Part shown: positions 9,392 through 19,448 of the stretch, piece after piece | How the letters are laid out: the number at the start of each line of letters is the position of its first letter | Position numbering within the stretch: position 1 is the stretch's first letter | From: a bacterium | GTDB taxonomy: Bacteria > Hinthialibacterota > Hinthialibacteria > Hinthialibacterales > Hinthialibacteraceae | Assembly: GCA_963663405.2 (NCBI GenBank) | Contig: CAXXSM010000153.1 | Location: 1-64,000, forward strand | Reading direction: 5' to 3' | DNA length: 64,000 bases | Translations under genes and position numbers: made by a program | The notes under the pieces: generated by a model | Database searches by the model: none | What the model was told of the DNA's origin: nothing | The model's input: only the letters and a program-made list of their open reading frames with translations

Positions 9392-11323
9392 ATGAGAAAA
9401 TGCTATCGAATTTGGATGTGTTTGGCGCCGGTTTTCGTGCTAGCCGTGGCTCTACCAGGCTGGACGGCTACGAATAATTCGGGAAATCCACCGACATTCC
9501 TGCACCTGGATATCTGCACCAACGGAATCGGAGATAGCAGCGCTTATCACATTTATCCCCGGATGGAGCCGGATGTCTTTGACATCGGCGTGGATTTAGA
9601 CGCGGACGGAACGATCGACCGATGGTTATCACAGGAAACAACGGAATATTTCGGGCGCGACAACGCCGAAACGATCGCGCCAGGTAATTGGCGGCGTTTT
9701 TATATCCGGTTGGATTCGGATGCGGGCAGACAGGCAAAAATCCGGATCGTGGATAACAGCGAAGAATATTACATGGCGGTTAACGCGATTCGTCTGAACT
9801 ACGCGGATGGAACCGTGGTTCCCAATCTCGTTCCGAATGGTTTCTTTGAAGATGATCCTCCATTGAATGGGTGGACGATTCTGAGCGGCAGCGTGACGGA
9901 TCCGGCCAGCTTGATCCTCACGGATGACGAATCGCAATATACCGTGTACAGTTCAAAATTCTTTTCCACACGGACCGATCCCAGCAGCGATGACAGTTCG
10001 GAAACGGTTGTGATTGAGTCGGATGAGTTTACGCTTGCGGCGCCGACGAGCTTTGTATATGGAATGGTTTCCGGCGGTGGATCGGAACTTTGGAACAAAC
10101 CGGAAGCGGAAGGAACCGACAACGCGTCCGGCGTGTATCTGGATATCGGCTCCGAAACGGAAGATCCGAACGGGCAGTATGATGAAGGCGCCGACGTTCC
10201 ATTGACGGGATTTTATGGTGGATCGGCGGCAAGTGTCCGTAACCAAATGCATCCCGTCATTCTCAACACATCCGGCCTGGAAGGAAAACGGTGTCAGGTT
10301 GTTGTTGTTGATAATTCAGAATGGTACCACGTGGGCGCCGATAGTTTCCGCATGAACTGGGATAACGAGTGGATTGAGAACGGTGGCTTTGATGATGGAA
10401 TCCCCACACCGGAAGAAGATCCGGGAGCGACCGATTGGTTCTCAGAAACGGTTTTAGAATGGAACGAACATCCAAGTGGAAGTATTCCCGGTTGGACAGT
10501 GAATATAACCGGCGACGCGAGTGTGTATTTTTTTGATGACGCGGTGCATGGAAATATGTTTTCCGGCCGCACTTATGTAGGAACCGCTGGATTTGGTGAC
10601 GCCGACCGGATTTTAGCCGGCGTGGAACTTCGATCTGATGTATTTGTGATTGATCCGATTCCCGATCCGGCCCAGAGCGTTTTTCTGCAGTTCGCTTCGG
10701 CCCAGGGAACCGCGCGGTTCCGTTATACCGACGATGGAACGGGCGTCGAGCGGGGGCGCATCGAATTACGAGTGGATATCAACAACAATGGCGCGTTCGA
10801 CGATGAAGAGGACTACGCCTACATCCAGGTCAATCAAGGGATGGGGCAGAACTTGAACACCAGCAATATGGACCTTGTCTCCTATCCCGAATACCGCATG
10901 TATATCAAACCGGAACACCAGGGCTTGCAGGCGCAGATTTACATCGAAGACACCCTCGGACCCACACGGGGCAGTTACGGATGGATGGTTGTAGATGATT
11001 TCTATGTTTGGAACGGTTCGGAAGCGGTATTGCCGTTCCCCAATTCAGACTTTGAAATGGGGAACCTGACCAACTGGACGGAGGAAGTCGGCATCAACGG
11101 TGGCTCCTTGCGATCTTGGTTATCGGGTTCAGCGGAAGTCTACGATCAGGGATTGGTGGATCACGTTACTATGAATGACCGTCACACGACCGTCGACGGA
11201 GATTATTCCGCGGACACCGGGGCGAATGAATACACCGGCGGCGACGCGGGCACGGGCACACTGATCTCGACCGCGTTCACACTCCCTGCGATTACAGCGG
11301 TTGCGGACTGGTCTCTGTTCTAA
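9392..11323 (+). CDS. Secreted acidic beta-rich hypothetical protein; C-terminus TAVADWSLF
   Basis: Signal peptide; repeated NGxFE/NxDFE CBM-like motifs; AAGGAG RBS. Confidence 0.8.
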   Translation: MRKCYRIWMCLAPVFVLAVALPGWTATNNSGNPPTFLHLDICTNGIGDSSAYHIYPRMEPDVFDIGVDLDADGTIDRWLSQETTEYFGRDNAETIAPGNWRRFYIRLDSDAGRQAKIRIVDNSEEYYMAVNAIRLNYADGTVVPNLVPNGFFEDDPPLNGWTILSGSVTDPASLILTDDESQYTVYSSKFFSTRTDPSSDDSSETVVIESDEFTLAAPTSFVYGMVSGGGSELWNKPEAEGTDNASGVYLDIGSETEDPNGQYDEGADVPLTGFYGGSAASVRNQMHPVILNTSGLEGKRCQVVVVDNSEWYHVGADSFRMNWDNEWIENGGFDDGIPTPEEDPGATDWFSETVLEWNEHPSGSIPGWTVNITGDASVYFFDDAVHGNMFSGRTYVGTAGFGDADRILAGVELRSDVFVIDPIPDPAQSVFLQFASAQGTARFRYTDDGTGVERGRIELRVDINNNGAFDDEEDYAYIQVNQGMGQNLNTSNMDLVSYPEYRMYIKPEHQGLQAQIYIEDTLGPTRGSYGWMVVDDFYVWNGSEAVLPFPNSDFEMGNLTNWTEEVGINGGSLRSWLSGSAEVYDQGLVDHVTMNDRHTTVDGDYSADTGANEYTGGDAGTGTLISTAFTLPAITAVADWSLF

Positions 11324-11392
11324 TCAACAAAGCGCGCGGAATCGTTTACACCAATTCCGCTAAGGATTTTGAATAAAGTCCTACAAAAAGTG

Positions 11393-11426
11393 GCCCCCGG
11401 TTCGAAGTGGAACCGGGGGTTGCTTT
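11393..11426. terminator. Intrinsic terminator hairpin
   Basis: cccccggttc-gaagtg-gaaccggggg followed by a T-rich tract, between convergent genes. Confidence 0.65.
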
Positions 11427-11454
11427 GTTTAGAGGCAATGGTTGTTTTATAAGA

Positions 11455-11790
11455 TTATGATAGATTGGTCCGCGGGTTGGCGTTCTGTTTCGGGGTATAG
11501 GGCGCAACATGAATCTTATCTTCCATCTTCCGGGCTTGGGCGATGTCGTAGCTGTTTTGCATGCGCATGAGGGTATCCATTTTAACACCGAAAGCCTTCT
11601 CGATCCGCAAGGCCATCTCCGGAGAGAGAAAGACATTTTCATTCAACAAAGCCGACAACGCCTGCCGGCTAACCCCAAGCACCTTAGCGGCCTCCGTAAC
11701 GTTTAATTCCGCCGGCTCAATGATTTCAGCGCGGATAAATCCACCGGGATGGGGTGGGTTTTTTAGCCGATATGTTTTTGCCGTAACCAT
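11455..11790 (-). CDS. higA: HigA family antitoxin (orphan)
   Basis: PPHPGGFI...VTEAAKVLGVSRQALSALLN...SPEMALRIEKAFG...MQNSYD. Confidence 0.9.
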   Translation of the reverse strand: MVTAKTYRLKNPPHPGGFIRAEIIEPAELNVTEAAKVLGVSRQALSALLNENVFLSPEMALRIEKAFGVKMDTLMRMQNSYDIAQARKMEDKIHVAPYTPKQNANPRTNLS

Positions 11791-11801
11791 TTTTTATCCT
11801 T

Positions 11802-11858
11802 TTAGTGGTAGTCTTCGTAATTCAAGTCGATGATCCTCTTCTTTTCTATATCTTCCGA
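11802..11858 (-). pseudogene. higB: C-terminal stub of a HigB toxin
   Basis: Encodes ...EDIEKKRIIDLNYEDYH-stop, the typical HigB ending, directly upstream of higA. An in-frame stop precedes it and no start is present. Confidence 0.7.
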
Positions 11859-12056
11859 TCAGCGGAAGGCTAATAAAAGCTATGTGATGAGTATCCCTTG
11901 TGATTATAATGTAATAAGAGAGTATTGGTAGGATATAAGGTGAAAATAGAGTTTTGAAGCGAATATATCTTGAATATTATATAGGAAATGATTCAATAAT
12001 ATTGCGCCAAAAGGGTATATTCATCCTATTCGGCTCATAAATTGGAGGCATTAACA

Positions 12057-12851
12057 ATGAACGATTCGACAACATCGGCAAAAAAATCTTCAAGAAAAAA
12101 ATACAAAAAAGACTTTTTAGATCAAGTTCTAGCAAGAGTAGATTTTGCTTCATCTTTATCATTGAATTCTACAGGCCCTCCAAAAAAAGTAATGAGCGTT
12201 CTTAAGAATAGTTTTCCTATTCTCGAACATCGAATAAAAGAAGATCAATATATTAAAGTTACACCTAATCATATCAAACCTCAAATTGATGGTGCACATG
12301 AATGGCTTTTTTTTAGTAAAAATAGAGAGAGAATTATCAATATTACAAATGATTTCATGTATCTTGAATTTAAAAAATATGAATCCTATGAAGGGTTATG
12401 TAAACACTTTATATCTGTTACGGATGCATTATTTGATTCGATAGATAATTTACAAATAAAGCGATTAGGTTTGAGATATATCGATAAAATCACCATACAA
12501 GATAAAAAGGGACCTACTCAGTGGGAAGACTACTTAGATGAAAAACTATTATCATGTTTTTCATTGACTGATAATCCAAACTATATATCAAGGGCCTTTA
12601 ATGTTCTCGAGTTTAAATACGATGATGATATGAACTTACGATTTCAATACGGGATGCCGAATCCTGATTATCCAGCCGCAATAAAGCGAAAAGAATTTAT
12701 ATTAGACCATGATGCTTACTGCACTCTATTGCTTGAGAAAAATGAATTGCAAAAAAAGTTAGATAGATTTCACGATATTATTATCGAATCATTTGAAAGC
12801 GTTATCACCGATATTTTGCGAAAAAAAATGGAGATAAAAAATGGAAAATAA
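12057..12851 (+). CDS. TIGR04255 family protein
   Basis: KYKKDFLDQVLARVDF, RLGLRYIDKI, FILDHD and FESVIT; low GC; GGAGG RBS. Confidence 0.75.
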   Translation: MNDSTTSAKKSSRKKYKKDFLDQVLARVDFASSLSLNSTGPPKKVMSVLKNSFPILEHRIKEDQYIKVTPNHIKPQIDGAHEWLFFSKNRERIINITNDFMYLEFKKYESYEGLCKHFISVTDALFDSIDNLQIKRLGLRYIDKITIQDKKGPTQWEDYLDEKLLSCFSLTDNPNYISRAFNVLEFKYDDDMNLRFQYGMPNPDYPAAIKRKEFILDHDAYCTLLLEKNELQKKLDRFHDIIIESFESVITDILRKKMEIKNGK

Positions 12852-13065
12852 AGAATATTGTTCCGACAGATACAAACCCAAATTAAAATATAAAAGCAAA
12901 GGCGTGGATACTCCATTTTTCACATCAGAATATAACATAGAACCTGCAAATCTAGAATCACCAAAAGTGAAAACAGAGCACGAAGAAATAATTCAAGAAA
13001 TAGAAAAATATGGAACGGGGAAGCCAAAGAGAATTATAACAAAAGCGAATATAATTCATGATTAA
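12841..13065 (+). CDS. Small hypothetical protein, translationally coupled on both sides
   Basis: 74 aa; overlaps both neighbours; GGAG RBS. Confidence 0.6.
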   Translation: MENKEYCSDRYKPKLKYKSKGVDTPFFTSEYNIEPANLESPKVKTEHEEIIQEIEKYGTGKPKRIITKANIIHD

Positions 13066-13612
13066 AGCAAATCAAACACGAATCTCGAGAATATGCCAAG
13101 GCGATATAATAAAAAATATCGAATACATTGAATCTGTTTCAGAAAAAAATGGCATTATTCAGATATATAGAATCTTGTTCCCACATATAATAGTGTTGAC
13201 TCAAGATTGTGATCTGGCTCAAGATTATAGTGTTAGATGGGGGAAAAAAGGACAAAAAAATGAAGACAAGAAAATTCTATCTGCTCTTGTTGCTCCATTG
13301 TATAATGTAGAACACATTTATGAGGGAACACACTTATCTGAATTGGGACATACAATGCAGATAATAAACAAATCAAAAACACCAGGAAGAAATTTACGAA
13401 ACAATGAAACGCCAAGATACCATTATTTAGAATTCACAGAGAATATTCCAATTGTGCCTTCAGTAATCGATTTTAAGCATTACTTTTCTTTAAATCTGGA
13501 ATATTTGAAAAAAATCAAACGAGAAAACTTTGTATGTAAAGTTTCCGAAATTTATCGTGAAGATATTTCTCAAAGATTTGCAAGCTATTTGGCGAGAATT
13601 GCTTTACCATAA
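13058..13612 (+). CDS. Hypothetical protein (QGDI...VLTQDCDL motif, possible PemK/MazF-like fold)
   Basis: 184 aa, low GC, last gene of the three-gene operon; the fold is inferred only. Confidence 0.7.
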   Translation: MIKANQTRISRICQGDIIKNIEYIESVSEKNGIIQIYRILFPHIIVLTQDCDLAQDYSVRWGKKGQKNEDKKILSALVAPLYNVEHIYEGTHLSELGHTMQIINKSKTPGRNLRNNETPRYHYLEFTENIPIVPSVIDFKHYFSLNLEYLKKIKRENFVCKVSEIYREDISQRFASYLARIALP

Positions 13613-13660
13613 ATTGATTTTTCTCTCCCTATTTACCCTCTCTTCAATCGCAAATAATTG

Positions 13661-15379
13661 TTAGTTTCCTCTCCCCTCCATCATCCGATCCAGTTCTTTC
13701 TGCACGTTTGTCTCAATCTCTTGCAGTTGGGTGTTTTTTTCGGTGAGTTTGATTCGGGTTTTTTGGAGGGGGGTTGATAGGGCCTCTATAATCCAAGGGA
13801 GGAATTGTTGGAACCAGGTGTTGTGGAATTCCTGGTGGCCTTCTTTGATGACGATGCGGACGCCCTGGGAATAGAGGAAGATCAGCCATGTAGCGTAGAA
13901 GACTAACAAGAAGACAAGGCTCTGTAATAACTGGCCCGCGCCGAAGAGGGAGATCAGAGCGGCGAAACCACTGCCCAGGGCGGCGATGGAAAAGAGAGAG
14001 CCTTCGTACTGGATCATCTGAACGAGCAGCGGTTGGAGGATGGGGAACCAGATCAGAGGCGCGTAGACGAGTATCCGGCGGACGATGGTTGGGGTGGGCG
14101 CGCCTTCGGAGAGGCGGTTGACGATCTGTTCTTCATAATCCCGGATAAGATGGATGAATTTCTGTTCGACCACTTCGGGAAATTTGGGCGCGGGTCCCAT
14201 ATCGCGTTTTAGGTGGGGATACTCCATTTCGGTTTTTTCGCGGATGTTCCGCATCCAACCCGCCGCCGTCATGCCTTCATATCGTAGCGCGTCGCGTGGA
14301 TCTTCGGGTGTTTCATCCGGTGTTTTCGCGAAGGCGAAACGGTTTCCCAGCGTGGAGACGATCCCGGCGAGTGGATAGAAGAGGCTACGCAGGATAGGCC
14401 AGCCTTCGATGCGGCGTGTGAAGAGTCCCCGGCTGATGCGGCGGCGTAGTTCTTCCATGGCTTCGACGCGTTTCTGCACTGTATCGAAGTAATCCCCACC
14501 GTAGATCTCATGGACCGTTTGACAGATCGATTCGAGCGCTTCGTCGATCTCTTCAATCTTATCGCTCAGGGCGAAGTGAGAGCGGATGCGCGCGAGGTTT
14601 TTATCGAATTCAGCGCGCAGGTTCTTCGCTTTGGCCTTGGCGATTTCTTCCGGTGAATGGATACGGACGAGGCGGGAGTGGAGCTGGGGGAATTCGTACG
14701 CTTCCGGATCGAGGGCCGAGATCATCAGGAACCGGCTGGAATCGGGGGGCGTGACATTCTTCTTCTTACAATCCCGCGTGAGATACGCGAGCACCTCTTC
14801 GCGGACGCTGGGGAGATCCGCCTTGCCCGCCACCTGATCGAACTTGTTTAGAATGACATAGTAATTATCACTGCTCTGAGCGACGGTTTCCAATTGTTCG
14901 ATGAATTCGTGGTCGCCGTACTTGCGTGGCGTGGTGACCCAGACCATGCCTTGGAGATGCTTGCCAAACCGCTTCACATCATCGCGATGGAGGAGAAAAC
15001 GGCTGTCGAAGTCGGGGAAATCGATCAGGACGACATTTTTCAGTTCCTCGCGTTCGTGGGGGACGATCTTCAAGCGTTCTCTCGCATCGGCGCCGAGACG
15101 TTTTTCGAGCGCGGGGATATCGGCTTCACTGCAATAGGCGACGGCTATGTTGGTGCCTTCGTCGAGCACATCCGAATCGATGGAGATTCTCGCCCCGGCG
15201 AGTTGATTGATGAGAGACGTTTTCCCGACATCCTTGCCGCCGACAATGCCGTATAAGAAGAGAGAATCTTCTTCCGCGGCGCCGGTCTGGGAGGCAAGTT
15301 CCAACGCTTCCCGGTCCGTTAGCCGCTCTAATTCAATATTGAGTGAATCCAGTTGATTGCGTAGCGTTTCAATTTTCAT
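13661..15379 (-). CDS. Dynamin-like/TRAFAC GTPase with C-terminal membrane segments
   Basis: G1 GGKDVGKT, G3 DFPDFDS and G4 NKFD; helical stalk; hydrophobic C-terminal hairpin. The start overlaps the upstream stop. Confidence 0.8.
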   Translation of the reverse strand: MKIETLRNQLDSLNIELERLTDREALELASQTGAAEEDSLFLYGIVGGKDVGKTSLINQLAGARISIDSDVLDEGTNIAVAYCSEADIPALEKRLGADARERLKIVPHEREELKNVVLIDFPDFDSRFLLHRDDVKRFGKHLQGMVWVTTPRKYGDHEFIEQLETVAQSSDNYYVILNKFDQVAGKADLPSVREEVLAYLTRDCKKKNVTPPDSSRFLMISALDPEAYEFPQLHSRLVRIHSPEEIAKAKAKNLRAEFDKNLARIRSHFALSDKIEEIDEALESICQTVHEIYGGDYFDTVQKRVEAMEELRRRISRGLFTRRIEGWPILRSLFYPLAGIVSTLGNRFAFAKTPDETPEDPRDALRYEGMTAAGWMRNIREKTEMEYPHLKRDMGPAPKFPEVVEQKFIHLIRDYEEQIVNRLSEGAPTPTIVRRILVYAPLIWFPILQPLLVQMIQYEGSLFSIAALGSGFAALISLFGAGQLLQSLVFLLVFYATWLIFLYSQGVRIVIKEGHQEFHNTWFQQFLPWIIEALSTPLQKTRIKLTEKNTQLQEIETNVQKELDRMMEGRGN

Positions 15380-17054
15380 GGCCGCTGTACCCGGCGCAGA
15401 TTTGCAGCGCCTTAAATAAGGGATCGGTTTTTTCGAGAATGAGACCGCCTCGGATTTCCCGCAGCTGGTCGCGGATTTTGAATAGGTTCTGTTCGATGAC
15501 GTCTTGGATGGACTTTTGAAACCGCCGTTTGGCGGATTCGAATTTCCCCAAAGGAAGATATTTAAAAGCGCTGGGCACAAGCAGCCAGCTGCCGAAATAA
15601 GGGATCGTGGCGAAATCGATGATCAATCCGGTCAACAGCGCTACTGCGAGAAGAGGATCGTTTTTAATCGAAGCGCTGACGCTATCTTGGGTAATGAGGC
15701 CTTGGCATTCCCGCTCGAATTCTCCTACGATTTTCTTGAGGGATACTTTATACGATTCACTGTCCGCGCGCGCGTCCATTTCACGAAGGCGGGAGGAGAG
15801 AAGGGGGATTGATTCAGCGAGTTGATCGCGGCGGATCATTTCATGGATTCTTTCGCGGCCATCCGCGAGGCGCGTGGCGACTTCATTTTCCAATTTGGCT
15901 CCATCCATGCGGAAAATCTGGGAGAGGCCGCCGTCTTTCCGGTCACCGAACGCGATTTGGAAGCTGCGTTTTAACGAGCCGGTGCGGAAGACTCGTTTAA
16001 AGAATTGCGCGACGTTCGTGATCGCGAAACGTTTCAGACCGAGGTGGTTTAACGCTTGGAGAACGTCATCATTCAGGATTTTTTCCAGCGAGAGCGCAGG
16101 TTGCTTTGCGATCTGGTTTTGGATTTGGACGCTGGTTTCTTCTTCCAGGCTGTTGAGCGCATCAAGGCGTTGTTGATTCTCATCTATAACGGTTTTCGCG
16201 AGACCGGCGATTCGTTTGAAGAGAGGTGGATCGGGCGCGGGGGCGCTTAGATTGAATAGATCTTGTTTGAATTGGGTGAATTCAGGTTCGTTTTCGAAGC
16301 GGTCTTTGCCTCGGATTTCCGGAAGAACGTGAATGCGCTCAACGCCGTAAAAGGATTTGGCTTCGATCAAATCGTGATGATCCAAGTCCACACGGTCGCG
16401 CCCACGGTTATTGAGAACGCAGAGGCGGGATTGTTTCAGTTCGTTTGTTACCGTCACTGGGCGTTCGTAGTCGCGGTGGTAAATCGTTTCGTCATCCACC
16501 AGAAAAACCACCGCATCGAGCCAGGGCAGGATTTCCAACGCGAGCAGGTTATCATCACGAGCCAAAGTAGTATTGATATCCGGCAGGTCGATTAGCGCGA
16601 AGGGATGCCGCTGCCGGGAGGAGAATTGAATGAGCTGCATTATCCCCGGAGCGCCCACCGTCGAGGCGGATTCACCCGGTGAGAGGACGCCTCGTTGAAA
16701 CGCGGGCAGCAAGAGGGAGCCGAAGCGCTGTTCCAAGTCTTCGATGGCTTTCAAGAATGTATCCTGGATCAAGACCACCGGTCCGCAGGTGTTATGCGCG
16801 CGCCACCCCGTCTGGCTGACGGCTTGACCCGCCATGCTGTTGAAGAGGGTGGATTTACCCGTGCCCGTACAGCCAATCAGGCCCACAAAAAGAATGCGGT
16901 CACGGCCGAGGTTGTGGCGCAGAACGCCCAGCGAGGCCAGCGTCATCAGCGCGCTGGATACCTCTGGAGTAAATGATAGTGATTTTAATTGTTTCGCGGA
17001 CAACACCAGATTCTGGATCGCGCCCGTCATTTGTTTGTCAACAGCCATAGTCAA
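15369..17054 (-). CDS. Dynamin-like/TRAFAC GTPase (partner)
   Basis: G1 GCTGTGKS, G3 DLPD and NNRG at G4; helical region and hydrophobic segment. Confidence 0.8.
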   Translation of the reverse strand: MTMAVDKQMTGAIQNLVLSAKQLKSLSFTPEVSSALMTLASLGVLRHNLGRDRILFVGLIGCTGTGKSTLFNSMAGQAVSQTGWRAHNTCGPVVLIQDTFLKAIEDLEQRFGSLLLPAFQRGVLSPGESASTVGAPGIMQLIQFSSRQRHPFALIDLPDINTTLARDDNLLALEILPWLDAVVFLVDDETIYHRDYERPVTVTNELKQSRLCVLNNRGRDRVDLDHHDLIEAKSFYGVERIHVLPEIRGKDRFENEPEFTQFKQDLFNLSAPAPDPPLFKRIAGLAKTVIDENQQRLDALNSLEEETSVQIQNQIAKQPALSLEKILNDDVLQALNHLGLKRFAITNVAQFFKRVFRTGSLKRSFQIAFGDRKDGGLSQIFRMDGAKLENEVATRLADGRERIHEMIRRDQLAESIPLLSSRLREMDARADSESYKVSLKKIVGEFERECQGLITQDSVSASIKNDPLLAVALLTGLIIDFATIPYFGSWLLVPSAFKYLPLGKFESAKRRFQKSIQDVIEQNLFKIRDQLREIRGGLILEKTDPLFKALQICAGYSGHEN

Positions 17055-17143
17055 TCGTTCTTTCCCGGTCTTATACTGGTACTTTCATAGAACGGATAAA
17101 ATTTCAGGTTTATCCGGGAAACCTGTATTATTAAGAGATCGGA

Positions 17144-18652
17144 ATGGATCATCAAGACGCGGCCTCTTTCGCGAATGGTTTTACGCAACGGCCTTTATTC
17201 TTATATGATATTGTTTGGCTCATGATTTTGAGCCTGTTCGTCTGGTTCGCCGCTGTGGGGATTGGCTGGTGGATACTCCAAGATTTCCCCAATTCGGCGG
17301 ACGAACACGCGTACCGATTTCAATCGCAGCTCTTCGCGGAAGGACGAATCTGCGCGCCTGCGCATCCGATGCAGGAATACCTTAATCCTTTCTATATACT
17401 CACGCGCGAGGAGAAGGTGTTTTCGCTCTTTCCTCCCGGCTGGCCTGCGATTTTATCCATAGGGCAACGGATTGGGCGCCCGGATTGGATCAATCCTTTA
17501 TTAGGCGCCTTCTGCGTACCCGTGATATTTTTCTGCGCCTGGGCTTTGTATGGAAGGGAGAGCGCTTGGGTCTCGGTTTTGTTTCTTGTTTTTGCGCCTT
17601 TTTTTATGTTTAACAGCGCGTCGTATTTTTCACATCCATCCTGTCTGCTGATGGTGGCGCTTACCCTTTTGTTTATGATTTTGTGGCTTAAGCGGGAGAG
17701 AACGATTTTTGCTGTCATCATGGGAGTATCGGTTTCCTTGGCGTTTGCGATTCGGGAATTGACAGCGGTAGCTGTGTTGACGCCTCTTTTCCTATTCACG
17801 ATGGTTTATTCGAGAAAACGGGTACGGTTTCTCTCCGCGTTTCTTATAGGAATGGCGCCGGTCGCTTTGATCTATTTATGGTATAACGCGGAGCTGAGTG
17901 GGCGATGGTTTGTTCCATTGCGTTTTTTAGAGCCTTCGGAGAGCATGGGTTTTGGGACGCGGGAGATTCGTTTGTTTGATTATGTGGAGATGCAGGAATT
18001 TGGGCCATTGGACGCCTTGGTTTATTTGGGACGTAATCTTGGGCGGCTTCTTCTATGGACGGTTCCTGGTTTGACCCTTTTAGCGATTGCGGGAGTATGG
18101 TGGGGGCGTTGCGATCGTTGGATACGTCTGTTTGCGATTTCCACTATCCTGTTGCCCGCCGCGTATTTCTTTTATCCAACCGAGGGGGGGAATCAATATG
18201 GGCCGCGGTTTTATTATGAATCAATGGTGTTTCTAACCATATTGGCCGCGAGGGGATTGATATTGATTTGGCAAAAGTCGAACGCAGGGGAATGGCGGCG
18301 CATGTTTTATTACGCTGTTATTCTTATCGTTTTATTGGATCTATTTTCCATCGTCTATTATGGGAATTATTATCAGCGCCAGATTTATGAAAGACGGACG
18401 ATCTACCGGCTGGTTGAAAGCCGGAAATTGGAGAACGCAATCGTGTTCGTTGGCGCGCCCAGCGGGGATATGACGCAAGGGGATCTTATCCGCAATCCTC
18501 CGGATCTATCCAAGGCGGATGTGATATACGCATGGGATATGGGTGGACGGAATATTGATATTTTGAAGGCGTTTCCATCTAGGATAGGGTATTTTTTTGG
18601 GGAAAGCGCTTTTGGGGGGTATTATTTGGTGAGGATTTTGTCTGAACCTTGA
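17144..18652 (+). CDS. GT-C (ArnT/PMT-like) membrane glycosyltransferase
   Basis: DEHAY after the first TM helix, FPPGWP, SHP and GPRFYYE; many TM helices. Confidence 0.75.
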   Translation: MDHQDAASFANGFTQRPLFLYDIVWLMILSLFVWFAAVGIGWWILQDFPNSADEHAYRFQSQLFAEGRICAPAHPMQEYLNPFYILTREEKVFSLFPPGWPAILSIGQRIGRPDWINPLLGAFCVPVIFFCAWALYGRESAWVSVLFLVFAPFFMFNSASYFSHPSCLLMVALTLLFMILWLKRERTIFAVIMGVSVSLAFAIRELTAVAVLTPLFLFTMVYSRKRVRFLSAFLIGMAPVALIYLWYNAELSGRWFVPLRFLEPSESMGFGTREIRLFDYVEMQEFGPLDALVYLGRNLGRLLLWTVPGLTLLAIAGVWWGRCDRWIRLFAISTILLPAAYFFYPTEGGNQYGPRFYYESMVFLTILAARGLILIWQKSNAGEWRRMFYYAVILIVLLDLFSIVYYGNYYQRQIYERRTIYRLVESRKLENAIVFVGAPSGDMTQGDLIRNPPDLSKADVIYAWDMGGRNIDILKAFPSRIGYFFGESAFGGYYLVRILSEP

Positions 18653-18760
18653 TTTACTTGATTAAAGGATTGGCATGATTATTTATTACATGTTTGAAAA
18701 TTTGTAGAGTGGGCTACGCCGAGCTTTTAGCCCATCCTACCCGGCTACTGGCTCTACTAT

Positions 18761-18899
18761 TTTTGTCTGAATCAGGATGGACAGGATTAAAGGATAGTCA
18801 GGATACTATTTATTGAGTTTGCGATCCGAAGATGAATACCACTTCGATGATTCTTATCCTGTCGATCCTGATAATCCTGGGTATCCTGATTCTGACAAA
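18761..18899. repeat. Palindromic repeat family B, copy 1 (tgtctgaatcaggat...atcctgattctgaca)
   Basis: Near-identical direct copy at 21981-22135; half copies at 44574-44617 and about 18636-18680; 9-nt periodic aggat/atcct units. Confidence 0.85.
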
Positions 18900-18916
18900 G
18901 AAAGACAGGAAACACT

Positions 18917-19387
18917 TCAAGCCAACCTGCAATATTGTGAGGCATGATATCTTGCTTTTAGAAATGTCACATCATCATTCACCCAACCTAACCGATCACA
19001 ATACCTGACAACCACTCCTGACTTTTTGATTAGACATCGAACAAACTCACGCGCATCAATGTTTGTTGAATATCCACGCTTTTCTATCTCTACCAATCTC
19101 TCAATACAAATAGCTTCCCATATTTCATCTGTTCTGCAATTAATTCTCAATTGAAAAGGTCCATCCATGAACATCATATCAATTGTTTTTGAATTCTCGT
19201 CTATTGCAATTAATAAATCATTTAACCACCATCCTAATAAACGAACTGGAAAGTCATACCATTGTTCAGATGGAAAATAATAACCAAATAGATTAAATGA
19301 AATGACGCCTACAATAAGATTAAAGCTTGTGAGTTCAAAACTTTTTGTATCTACATTGATAAGATCGTTCTTCTCTGATTTGGTCAA
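18917..19387 (-). CDS. Hypothetical protein, possibly a polymorphic-toxin immunity protein
   Basis: 156 aa, low GC; FPxxxWxDFxxxxLGWW...FMDGP pattern; AAGGAGG RBS. The function is inferred. Confidence 0.6.
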   Translation of the reverse strand: MTKSEKNDLINVDTKSFELTSFNLIVGVISFNLFGYYFPSEQWYDFPVRLLGWWLNDLLIAIDENSKTIDMMFMDGPFQLRINCRTDEIWEAICIERLVEIEKRGYSTNIDAREFVRCLIKKSGVVVRYCDRLGWVNDDVTFLKARYHASQYCRLA

Positions 19388-19448
19388 TGGTTCCCTCCTT
19401 GTGGATAGCTTTATTCTGTGGGCTACGCTCTTAGTCCAACCTCGATTA

